DNA of 64,000 nt from Octopus vulgaris (lineage: Eukaryota): NCBI GenBank assembly GCA_951406725.2, contig OX597823.1, positions 9,424,001 to 9,488,000 on the forward strand. The letters run 5' to 3'. A model generated the notes under the pieces. That model did not search any database, was not told the DNA's origin, and worked only from the letters and a program-made list of their open reading frames with translations. Position numbers and translations under genes: made by a program. Shown piece after piece: positions 52,471-64,000 of this stretch; position 1 is the first letter of the stretch; each line of letters opens with the position of its first letter.

Positions 52471-54001
52471 CCATAAAAATAAAAAACACCTAGCAAAGTA
52501 GAATTAAGTAGTTGTTGTTAATTAATGTTAGGCAGCTCTGATGAAGAATTCGTATCATTGATCAAAGACGTTGCTCTGTTAACCCTCTGGATTTGTGTAT
52601 CAGGAAACATATAAAAGTAGTACGGCATCATTTGTGTGCCATGGTCTGCTACTTCTATCGAAGTCACATCAGAGGTGTACTTTTTTTGTCAGAAGCGAAG
52701 ATATATATACTTCAGGGGTTTGAAAATATGTGAGGGAAGGATACTCCGAATGGCTGTTTACTGATTAGATCAGATAGTTAAATATGCTCGGATAATTTAT
52801 ATTTGTATTCAGCAGTGAAAGTAATTCGAACACCAAAGCAAGAGCTTTGAATACTATTAGAATTCTGTAAATATTTCCATAAATAGATCCAGGTTGTCGA
52901 GAGAAAACACAGGACACTTTTCGACCTTGTTGTATTTGACCCGGAGGCAAATAGGTACGCGAGTGTTGGAAAGTAAGACGGCCGCAAGGGCATTGAGTTG
53001 GTGCTTTCGATATTGAAACCAAAATTTTAAAACTCACAGTTGAACTAAGTGGGGATTGAACTCAGAGCACGTGTTTGTAGATGTGTGTGTGTGTGTGTGT
53101 ATTTTGGATAAATAGATTCCTCGTGATATATAGAGAATTGCATCCAAAAATTAATGACCATAGGGTATAGATAAATATGTATTCAGTTCGTCGAGATTTG
53201 GCACAAGTGGAATCCAATTATGAAACAATTGCAAAAGATGTATGTTTGGAGAATTTGTGAAAGCTGCTGCGAATATCATACAAACACGAAAGCACAGCAG
53301 GTTAAATTTCGTTAACAAGGAATAAGATAAAGCTTGAGGCAGAAACACAAATTTACTACACAGAGGTCATACCAATAAGGAATTCAGAAGAAGAAAAAAA
53401 ATGGAAAATATGATATGAAGATGTATAATGTGAATGGGAAAATCTCAGTGTGTGAAATGCCCCGAGAGAAATGACAGATCTGACTCTGATATTAAAAGTT
53501 CGCTCATGTTATGAACCAATGAAAGCGATGAATCTAGCAGGTTGTTAGAATGCTTCCATACCAATACCAAATTTGTGAGCATGGCCAAACAGTGAATTGT
53601 TCACTTTTGAATCAGACAATTTCTAGTTCAATTCTAGGGCATGGCAACATAGGTGAGTATTTCTATTTTACCATAATCGCAGGAGACGAAAGGATATTTG
53701 AGTGAAAATGGAAAGGCACAAACTGTGGAAGTCTGTCAATGAAGCCTGTAATTTAAAAAAAGCCAGATGTTGTCATGCTACTTAAAATATACGTTAATTC
53801 TCGCAAACATTGAAGTTGATGATACTATTGTGTATAAAATATTCAATCACTTTCACCTATGTATCTTTCAATGATGGAGAAAAGAATATTCATCATCAAA
53901 TCTGACTGAGACCTCCAATAGATGTCAACATTCCCCATGTAGACAGCTACATCTAGATAATTAGAAAACTTGCATTGTATTATGGAATAGTGTACTAATG
54001 C

Positions 54002-54311
54002 TTCATCTCGGGCAAGGACGATGTACTGCAATAGCTTGGGTTTCAAGGGCCCACAGCTATTTAACTGTCTGCCGAAGCATCTGAGGAGTCCCCATGGGGT
54101 GGATGTAGACGTTTTCAAACGTGAACTTGACCTCTGACACGCCGAGATCCCGGATGAGCCAATATCTAAACAAGAAACTCAAAAGAGGGCAGTAGCATCG
54201 AATTCCATCCTTCACCAGAAGCCACCCCGACAAAGGTGGAAAGCGGAAAGATGATTACAATGGCGGTGCTCCAGTATGGCCGCAGTCATTGGACTGAAAC
54301 ATATAAGAGAA
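54002..54311 (+). mobile_element. 5'-truncated LINE (CR1/L2-group) ORF2 C-terminus plus 3' tail
   Basis: Frame from 54000 reads ASSRARTMYCNSLGFKGPQLFNCLPKHLRSPHGVDVDVFKRELDL*HAEIPDEP...RAVASNSILHQ...* (NxLP / FKxxLD / PDEP motifs); possible TSD TAATGC at 53996-54001 and 54312-54317. Confidence 0.8.
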
Positions 54312-54966
54312 TAATGCGTTATTCAGAACTGCATTATTATCTCTGCAATATTCTTATAAACAGCAGCAAGTCTAAAGTGTTTTATGATGACGATTTGTCA
54401 CACAATATACTATAATGCTTTACGTAGCGATTACACTCCGCAACAACAACGTATCAACAGAGAAACAAACCTCTACATCAAATACCGGCCACTTTCAAAT
54501 AAATGCAGGAGTAAAAGGGAGGCAACTGACACCAACCGTACAACAGCAATTTTTTGAATCTCCCACTACAAATACTGCTACTAGTTTTGATGAAAATCCA
54601 CCAATAATATAGCCACAAATAATACAGCATTGCTGGTGCTGCCACTAATACACAGTTCTAGTGCTACTGCCATTGCTAGCAGCCACGTATGCAATTGCTG
54701 GTACAATAGCGTCCCAGCAACAATCAAAAGGCAACTGAATTTCAGCACTATATAACATTTATAAAAACATGTGAACTTCCACAACTGAATTGAATTTATT
54801 TAAATTCATTTAGTCATGTATTTCAGCACGACTAAATCCTAATTCCAACTGACTGAAACCGGTAACATATCATAAAAGTGTAAATGCGTGCTATCTCAAT
54901 TACTTTATCTTTTTTTTGTTTTTTTTTTTTGTTACAAACTATTTTTGTAAAACCTCTGAAACTTAG

Positions 54967-55019
<53 letters not shown>

Positions 55020-55023
<4 letters not shown>

Positions 55024-55140
55024 CTGCTCGCTTAGCCAGCGGGGTGGCGTCATTTGAAGGCTAAAACAATGCGAAGCGCATTGTGACCAGCGATGTGTAG
55101 CAACATTTGATAGCCTGGTCGGTCACGGTGATCACGGTGA
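55020..55140 (+). mobile_element. Unclassified ~118-bp structured element, copy 3
   Basis: Homologous to 15647 and 22023; (TA)n on both sides. Confidence 0.87.
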
Positions 55141-55441
55141 TATATATATATATATATATATGCGTGTGTGTGTGTGTGTGTGTGTGTGTGAGTTAGAGCT
55201 TACCATAACCATCTAAAGGATAAATAAATAGTAGATATAAATGAATGTCTACAGGCTGATGTTTATCGATTGATTATCCTCTCCATTTTCTTATTTACCC
55301 TACACACACACATACACATATGTATGCGTGCGTGCGTGTGTGTATGCATGTATGGATGCATGTATGTATATATACCTTTGGAAACACCACGGCATGCAGA
55401 CGCACCCACCCACCTCTACATACACATACTCTTTCTCTCAC

Positions 55442-55504
55442 TTTCTCTCCAAACAGACAAATATTGCTAACTTTGCAATTTTCTTGGTATGTCATAACTT
55501 TCCA
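55442..55504 (-). pseudogene. Possible decayed PLE ORF C-terminal fragment
   Basis: WKVMTYQENCKVSNICLFGEK resembles the W(K/S)IL..Y....K.C.LCL.EK motif at the end of PLE GIY-YIG domains; short match only. Confidence 0.3.
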
Positions 55505-56410
55505 TCATAGTTATATATTCCCCATAGAATTCAATTAGTTTCTTAATCATAGTTATCTCTTTTCTTTCGTGTATTTTAGCAGTTTCTTACAATCCCTCGA
55601 ACGCTATAACAAAGTCTCCGAAACTCACACTTGTGCAATTTTCATCAATTTGTCTGAATTTTCTTTTTTCATATAATTTATATAACTCTGTTTTGGAATC
55701 TGGGTTTCAAACCGATTTTTGTTAAATTACAATTTCACACCCGTGCGTATTTTTGTTATACGCAAGCATATACAAAAATAGCAATTTGCATATTCTTCGT
55801 ATTTTCTTACGAGCTTTATCAATATCTATATTCTCTCACTCGTGCTCACACCCACACTCCTCCCATGTACGCTTTCACATCAGCAATTTTACCATTATGA
55901 CACACACATAAACACAAACTCTAAATATATGTAGATACCCATACACACACACATACATATGCACATATTTTTGGCGTCATAAGAATGTAGAAAATTTCTG
56001 AACTTGAAATAATACTTCGTTCCTGATGTATATATATTTTTATATGTGTGTGTATACACACGCGCGAACATATGTATGTATGGATGCATGTAGATATACG
56101 TATATATATGTATGTATGTATATATATGTGTATATATGTATATATATACATATATCTTTATCTTTCTCTCTCTCTCCATCTCTCTTTCTTTCTCTCTCCC
56201 TCTCTCTCTATATATATATATACACACAGACATATATAAACACACAGACACAGACACTCTCTCACACACACACACACGCACACACTCACGCAAACACGTA
56301 GCTATGTATATTTATGTAAATATATATATACGTGTGTGTGTGTGTCTGTGTGTGTGTGTATGTATATATATCCATGTGTATGTATGTATATTTATATACA
56401 TACATATATA

Positions 56411-56590
56411 GTTCAAATTTAAAGTAAAACAGAGACGAAGACAGGTGTAAGAATAACAGACAAGTGTGCTAGTTTGACGCTCGGGAGAAATGAAGATTTA
56501 TTTTACGTAATGAGTCAACGCTCTTCGACAGAAATGAATAAGAGGAAATAAAGAGACATTGAAAAAGAAAACCTGTTGAGTTCAGTGAGA
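56411..56590 (-). mobile_element. PLE-like remnant with inactivated hammerhead (GAAA changed to ATTA)
   Basis: Minus strand ATTT-CTGTCGA-A-GAGC(GTTG)ACTC-ATTA-CG-TA at ~56500-56535. Confidence 0.6.
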
Positions 56591-56630
56591 GTTGCTTATT
56601 TGCAAAAAAAAAAAGAAAAGAAATATAACA

Positions 56631-56940
56631 TGTGACTTCATTGACCGAGGTTGCCGTGGTCTTTTCCGTAGACTTTTCTTTCCACGGGTAAACCTCACCT
56701 GTCCTCCCCTTTACACTTCATATTGACATTTCTGTGATAACGATCCCTATTGATCAATTTTTTTCCCTCCCCCCCTTTTTTAAAAAAATGTTATCCCCCC
56801 CTTTTTTTTGTCCTCTTTCTTTCCCTTTTTCGATCCCTTTTGATCGAAAACCAAACCCCCTTTTTTTACCCCCAAAAGAAAAGCTCTACCTTGTAATTTG
56901 TCCTGTCTTTGTGCAACCCTGTGTGGCTAATAAAGAAACA
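56631..56940 (+). mobile_element. Probable LINE 3'UTR (L1/Tx1-like) ending in AATAAAGAAA before (TATC)n
   Basis: Pyrimidine-rich UTR; terminal TGTCCTGTCTTTGTGCAACCCTGTGTGGCTAATAAAGAAAC resembles SINE-B tail 1; no ORF retained. Confidence 0.5.
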
Positions 56941-56947
56941 TATCTAT

Positions 56948-57005
<58 letters not shown>

Positions 57006-57493
57006 GTCTGTGTGTCTGTCTGTCTGCCTGTCTGTCTGTCTATCTATCTATCAATCTATCTATCTACACAGATAGTGACACAGAGAGAGACAAACAGCCA
57101 GGCAGCCAGCCAGATAGACAGAGAGTCACACGTACGCACGCACACACAAACACACACACACACACGCACACAGACACACACACAAGCTCATTCATACCTA
57201 TACACATATCGTTGACGTCGTAAGAATCTAGCAACTTCGATAACGCGAAATAGTATTTTGTTTATTTTGGAATTTTAAGGACACTGGATATGGAAGCAAA
57301 TAAATATGGAAATATTATCATGTGAATATTGAGTTGAAACCCTTTCGATACAGAAATTTGATGGTTGCCCGTGGGACTTGGGCTCATATCTATAAAGAAG
57401 AGAAACCACAGCCCCGGGCTGGCTCCGTCGTCTTGTATCCAAAGCTTTTTCAGCCCAATATTCACGCGCCATTATTCATAGATTTATATGCTA

Positions 57494-57889
57494 CTAGCAG
57501 TATCGCCCGGCGTTGCTCGGATTTGGAAGGGAAATAACTATATAAGCATTTTTAGAGATGTAAAGTATAATAGCCATCTCAATATGGCTAACCACAAAGG
57601 GTGGGGTGTTACTGTAGCATTTTACGTTCTGAGATTTAATAATAAATTTTTAGAGAGTTACTTCCCTTATATATGCCAAAATGCATTAAAAATGGGAAAA
57701 AATGATGGTAATTTTTTTTTTAAATTGTAGACTCATCGTAGACGCGCGCTAATACCCAGAAGGGCTCGATATGAATCACGACTATGAGATACCCGGCTTT
57801 GGTTACACTGCACCGCAAAATGTGGGAGTAGTTAGGAATCTAAATCGTAGGAGACAGACAGCACGCAACCTCACTTTTATATATAAAGA
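57494..57889 (-). mobile_element. Non-autonomous Helitron
   Basis: A|CTAG, hairpin, ...TATATAAAGA|T termini; body matches the other copies. Confidence 0.92.
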
Positions 57890-58088
57890 TAAACAATTGT
57901 ACAGCAACCAGCGGCATCACTGTCGTCATCAATAACAACCGGAACATCAGTAAGTCATCTCTGATTCCTCAACGTGTTTCCTCAATCCACTAAACGGTGT
58001 GTTCACGACCCCCTTAAATAAACATTGTATAGCTACGAAAAGAGATGGGTGGAAAAAAATAAAAGGCTTAGGTAAAACTCTTGGAAAA

Positions 58089-58960
58089 GGCGTGATATTT
58101 GCGGCAGGATTCGAGCGAAATGTTAAGCGGTATTTCGTCCGTATTTACGTTCTGAGTTCAAAATCCGCCGAGGTCCACTTTGCCTTTCATCCTTTCGGGG
58201 TCGATCAAATAAGTACCAGTTACGCACTGAAGTCGATATAATCAACTTGATCCGTTTGTTTGTCCTTGTTTGTCCTCTCTGTGTTTAGTCCCTTGTGGGT
58301 TGTAAAGAAATAGGTATTTCGTCTGTCTTCATGTTCTGAGTTCAAATTCCGCCGAGGTCGACTTTGCCTTAATCCTTCGGGGTTGATAACTTAAATACCA
58401 GTTGAGTACTGGAGTCGATGTAATCGATTATCCCCCTCCTCTAAATTTCAGGCCTCGTGCCTATGGTAGAAAGGATTATAAGTGTTAAAGAAAGGATTAT
58501 AAGAGTTAAGGTGGCGAGCTGGCAGAAACGTTAGCATGTCGGGCGAAATGCTTAGCGGCATTTCATCTGTCTATACCTTCTGATTTCGAATTCCGCCGAG
58601 ATTAACTTTGCCTCTCATCCTTTCGGGGTCGATAAATTAAGTACCAGTTAAGCACTGGAGTCGATGTAATCAACTTAATCCCTTTGTCTGTCCTTGTTTG
58701 TCCCCTATATGTTTAGCCCCTTGTGGGCAATAAAGAAATAAGAAAGGATTATAAGTGCTATCAAGGCGATGAGTTACCAGAATAGTTAGCGCGCCGAGCA
58801 AAATGCTTAGCGGCGATTCTTCCCTTTTTTACTTTTTCTGCAAACTCCACCGAGGTCAGCTATATAATTCAGGTTTTTCAGCGTCAACAAAATAAGTACC
58901 AGTTGAGCACTGCGGTTGGTAACAAATTTCAGGCCTTCTACCCAGAGTAGAAAGGATTAT
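58089..58960 (+). mobile_element. SINE family B cluster (4 units, mixed tails)
   Basis: Core repeats; GAAATAG|GTATTTC junction at ~58313; AGAAAGGATTATAAG.G repeated around the 58511-58740 unit. Confidence 0.88.
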
Positions 58961-59208
58961 AAAGATTCTCGACAAGATTGAATAGGAGGGTACACAGCAT
59001 AAGTGGTACTGTAGCATTGATAAATGTTGTTGTTGCGTTATAGCGAGGTTTCCATGGAACTGAGTACAATAAACATGATTGTTGAGAAATACGTATAAAA
59101 GTGTCTAAATGAACAATAGCTTTTACAATGCTTATATATATTTATATGCATAATATACATAATATATATATATATATATATATATACATACATACATACA
59201 TACATACA

Positions 59209-59244
<36 letters not shown>

Positions 59245-59298
59245 TACATATATATATGGATAGGTGTGGATGTGAGTGCATATACACATAAAATACTT

Positions 59299-59362
<64 letters not shown>

Positions 59363-59689
59363 TGTTTGTATTTATTTGTGTGTGTTTGTCTGTGCTTAGT
59401 GCGTGGTCGTTTGATTATTCATATAGGTTTGTTGCTTGTTAATCGATGTTCTACTAACATCCAGTTTGAGCCGGAATAATAATGAAAAAAAAAAAAAGTA
59501 CTCCCACGCACAGCAAGTGGTCCGACCAGTTTTCCAGTGATGGTCATTCACTCGTATTGTCCAATGATTACAAGCCGTTTCTCAGATCGGGCATCCTGTT
59601 CTCATAATGGCTCTGACCTGCCCAACTACCACTAACACCTAAACACCATCACCTCCAACGCCAAAGCCACCACCCGCACCGCCCCCGTT

Positions 59690-59864
59690 CCCCGCTGCTG
59701 TTGCTGCTGCTGCTGCTGCCACTACTACCACTACTACCACTACTACTGTCACCACCATCACCAGCAGCACCACCACTGCTGCTACCACTACTACTACTAC
59801 TACTAGCTACCTCTGCCGCCGCCGGCACAGTCCCCAAAGCCGCCACCGCCACCGCTATACTATA

Positions 59865-59910
<46 letters not shown>

Positions 59911-60085
59911 ACCACCACCACTAACCACCACCACCACCTCTACTACTACCTCCACCACTGCTGCTACTACTACTACTACTACTAGTACTACCACCATCAC
60001 CACCACTACTACTACCACCACCACCACCGCCGCCACCACCACCATCACCACCACCACTACCACTACTACTACTACCACCACCACC

Positions 60086-60135
<50 letters not shown>

Positions 60136-60312
60136 CCACCACCACTAACCACCACCACCACCTCTACTACTACCTCCACCACTGCTGCTACTACTACTAC
60201 TACTAGTACTACCACCACCACCACCACTACTACTACCACCACCACCGCCGCCACCACCACCATCACCACCACCATCACCACCACCACTGCCACTACTACT
60301 ACCACCACCACC

Positions 60313-60351
<39 letters not shown>

Positions 60352-60412
60352 GCTACAACTACTACTACTACTACTACTACCACTACCACCACTGCTGCTG
60401 CTGCTGCTGCTA
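59690..60412. repeat. (CTA)/(CCA)/(CTG) compound trinucleotide tract with internal duplication
   Basis: CACTAACCACCACCACCACCTCTACTACTACCTCCACCACTGCTGC block at ~59919 and ~60143. Confidence 0.9.
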
Positions 60413-60588
60413 GTGCTATCGTAGCAAAAACAAAAGCCATAGGCACACAGAAATTAGGAAGATTAAAGCAATTAGACAACTTTAAACAATGGAGATCATC
60501 AAAGACTTGGAACAAGCAAAGCAACACAGAAAGCATGCATTCACACAAATGCCTTATTATATACAAGGGTCCGTGTGTATGTGTGTCG

Positions 60589-60639
<51 letters not shown>

Positions 60640-60769
60640 GTATTTGAATATAGGACAAAGCAATTACATTTCTGTATGTGCGTATATAAGTGTGCAAACG
60701 GCTCGCACGCGTACACACACGCATGAGGAAAAATATATAGACACACACACGCGCGTGGAAAAATATATA

Positions 60770-60819
<50 letters not shown>

Positions 60820-61948
60820 AACAAACATGCACACTCACACATATTTTTCCGATGAAGGTGTAAAAAACAAAAACACATCTATACACAGACATACACATTT
60901 ATATATACTTTTGTATCTATGTGTATATTGCTGGGATCGAACAAATGCGCACACGTATGTACAACACATGCTTTGATAGATAGATACCCACCTGACGCGT
61001 ATATAGATGTATTTATTTCCGGACGTGTGTATATGTGTGTGTATGTGTGTATTTCTCCTCATGCGTAGTATATATACATACAAATTTGTGGTGAGATAGC
61101 CATAAATAGGTGTGTGTACGAATGTGTGACTTCGCGATTTCCATTCGATCATTATGCTACAAAGCGCAACATATATCTGCCAGATTTTGTTCGACAGGTG
61201 CAACAAGATGATACGTTATTAGAGCACAGAATTATTGATAATGCAAAATCATGTCGTTTTCTATTGTATTTCATGGCTTCTTTTACAGTTGCTTAGCAAT
61301 GGTTACATGTATTACCAGGACATTGCTATTGTTCGGCAGGAAATAAAAAAGGCAGTATGAAAAACTACTCATTTGCAGTTTCACTTCACATTTTATTGCT
61401 CTTATGCTAGCAATATATCTCTCGATATGAGAGATCCTCTTCGCAGTCCCTTGACCTGCTAGATATAGTAGCCAACAATTTTTCCTCAAATGTAACCTGG
61501 TTGTATGAACGTCAGCTTGGCGATACAAGTGCTAAAAATGAGTCCCTAGCCCTGTATCGAAGGACCGAATATCTGTCTGCTGCAAAACTAATAAGCAAAA
61601 AAACTCGCAATTCCCTCGGGTCAGATCTGAAGTAACACAAAGCCCCAAACAACAACGAAATATATTTTTAGCCAACGAATGAGCTTACAAGTGTTCACTC
61701 AACTCCATAGAAATAGTAACTAATAACACTTCAAATTACTGCATACTGTCATAAATAAAAAAAAAATGATAATACATTGGGAAATGCTATTTGAGATGCC
61801 ACTATTGGAAAAATCACTGGATGATCACTTTGAGACATGTTTGACAATAGATTTTCCCAACTTTCCATATGAGGAAATGCATAACCGATGTAGCTGACTT
61901 CACTACTTAACAATACTGCAAAATTATTATGATGTAAAATTATTATGT

Positions 61949-62290
61949 CCAGGAGTAGCTATGTGGTAAGAAGTTTGCTATCCAACTACAGGGTTCCGGG
62001 TTCAATCTTACTGCGAGGGCTTTTGCGAAAATGTTTTCTACTATAGACTCGGGCTGGGTCTATAATGTGTGTTTATATGTGTATGTTTTTGTGTATGTGT
62101 TTTTCCTCCCATCGCCGCTTCACGACCAGTAATTGTTTTGTTTACATCCCCACAACTTAGCTATTCAGCAAGAAAGTGCGATAGGTTAAGTGTTAAGCTC
62201 AATACATTAGTTCTTAAGTCCCTTTGTTCAACTAAACCCTCCAAAGCGTTGCCCTAGTATGGCCTCAGCCCGATGACTGAAAAAGTAAAA
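61949..62290 (+). mobile_element. Diverged SINE family A
   Basis: CAGGAGTAGCTATGTGGTAAG head ... CAGCCCGATGACTGAAAAAGTAAAAG tail. Confidence 0.65.
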
Positions 62291-62595
62291 GGTATATTCA
62301 TATGTTATTATTACAAAATCTATTCCACTGAGGCGAACTTGTCTTTCATGCTTTCGGGATCGATAAAATAAGAACCAGTTGAATACTTGTCCTCTTTCCT
62401 TAACGTACCGCCTCTGGGCCAAAATTTGACATCATTATTAAAGAATCTTAGATGTGTCGAGCTGGCAGAATCGCTAGCATATCGGATAAAATGATAAAAA
62501 AAACTTTTATTCCGATTCCTTGCGTTCTAAGTTCAAAATTCGCCGAGGTGCACATTGCCTTTTATCCTTCTGCGGTCAAAGAAAGGAATACCAGT

Positions 62596-62910
62596 GGATC
62601 TTTTCCTTTTGAACGCCAGTTTTCAGCACAATTTCTAGTTAACTAAACACTTTTAAACTTTGTATATTGGTATACAAAATAAAATTTAGGGTTAGCGTTA
62701 GTGTTAGGGTTAGTGACAGGATGTTGTCTCAGTTTTAGACGCAGCAAACGATTTTAGCACAATAGAGGCCATCGATTGGTTAACATTCGAAAAATTAAAC
62801 TACGTTAAACTTACAAATTACAATTTTCTGAAGAAAGCCAAGAGAAAAAAATGTTTTATTTTGACACATTCTACCAGTATACGAAGTTTAAAAGTATACG
62901 AAGTTTATGA
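62596..62910 (+). mobile_element. Diverged relative of the TTAGGG-containing TIR element
   Basis: GGATCTTTT..TTTGAACGCCAGTTTT TIR-like start, TTAGGGTTAGCGTTAGTGTTAGGG, and ACACATTCTACCAGTATACGAAGTTTAAAAGT shared with 7684-8115. Confidence 0.65.
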
Positions 62911-64000
62911 GCCAGGCGTGGCTCGAGAAGGAACAAACAATATAAAAACAACAATGGATGTAATTCCAAATAGAAGTGATAACAAGGTTTTTGGAGCAGA
63001 ATTTGTAAAGTGACACGAAGTAGAAATGAAATGCGGATTTTAACTTTGAATCGAACAGGATGGAACAACATACTACAGGGAATTAACATGAACTGCATTC
63101 TGTGTGTCTCAGGATAACGCTATTTTGTCTATAATTGTATTCCGAAAGGTTTTTGATTCGTCACTTTAACATATTTCGTCAGTATGAAATTGGAATGAAA
63201 AGTGATTGCTTGTACACCTGTCTAACATATTAGTAGATCTGTAAATTTTTCGGACTGGGTCACGAATTCCATTTTCAGAATTTACAAAGTTTATAACTAT
63301 CACGTCCAGCATGAGCAACAGTAGCAGCACTACCAACCACAACCACCAACACCAACACCAACACCAACACCACCCCCAATGCAACAACAATAAAAATAAC
63401 ATCAACTGCAAAATGACAACAACATAAATAACAGAGATAACAGTGGCCCACAACAAATTATATTTCTGGCATAGGACTTCTTTTCCATAAAATAGTAAGA
63501 TGAAGACGTGGAACCGATTGACTGGTGTCCAAATACTATTAGAGATTTGGCTCTTCTCAGGGGAAAAAGGCAAAATAAAATGCTCTAAACGTAAAGGGAG
63601 AATCATTTTGGAGAGCTTTTCTTTTCCTTTCTCACAAGAAATCTATTTAAATTACTTTATCGAACTCCATGTTACGAAGGAGCAGCGATTGCACGTAAAT
63701 GTAAAATCTGTGCTACTTGATTTACAGTACATAATTGTTTGGTGTAGTTTTGAGCTCAAGCTTTTTAGATAGATATGCTAAAGTTTCGATTCCAACTCTA
63801 GGATTCTTAAGGTATAAGTCAATAATATATCGATTTCTTATTCTGATACACACACCACTTTGGAGAAATATTAAGTTGGTAACATGTATATATATATATA
63901 TCCATCAAGCTTCTCGGGACCAGATGCAAAATGCACGGGCTACCCCCAGGAAGCAAACGGCGGTGAAAAGTCATTAATATAGATAAAGTGTATTATTGCA

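Noticed and set aside
52531-52585. CTGATGAAG...GACGTT hammerhead-like string (similar ones at ~10067 and ~19963)
   Set aside because: No GAAA core half and no convincing stems; at most heavily decayed relics.

Overview
AT-rich, non-coding eukaryotic DNA, intergenic or intronic. The repeat families look like those of an octopus/cephalopod genome; this is recognised from memory, not from a database search. I could not support any host protein-coding exon. The supplied ORFs are translations of microsatellites, SINEs or decayed transposons. The window contains: (1) several tRNA-derived SINE families, here labelled A-D; (2) non-autonomous Helitrons with TC...hairpin-CTAG ends; (3) a TIR element with 6-bp TSDs and internal TTAGGG repeats; (4) a decayed mariner; (5) RTE-, CR1-like and probable L1/Tx1-like LINE remnants; (6) many microsatellites. 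The most interesting signals are structured-RNA modules inside short mobile elements. First, minimal type-I hammerhead ribozyme motifs of the Penelope-like-element (PLE) type sit in ~150-210 bp elements embedded in (TA)n tracts. Second, an RTE-derived non-autonomous element has a three-way-junction/pseudoknot-capable 5' end, a candidate self-cleaving ribozyme. Third, an unclassified ~118-bp structured element occurs three times, always inside (TA)n. Also notable: a SINE that inserts into its own copies, two candidate SINE-LINE partner pairs, and a Helitron flanked by a 79-bp duplication.
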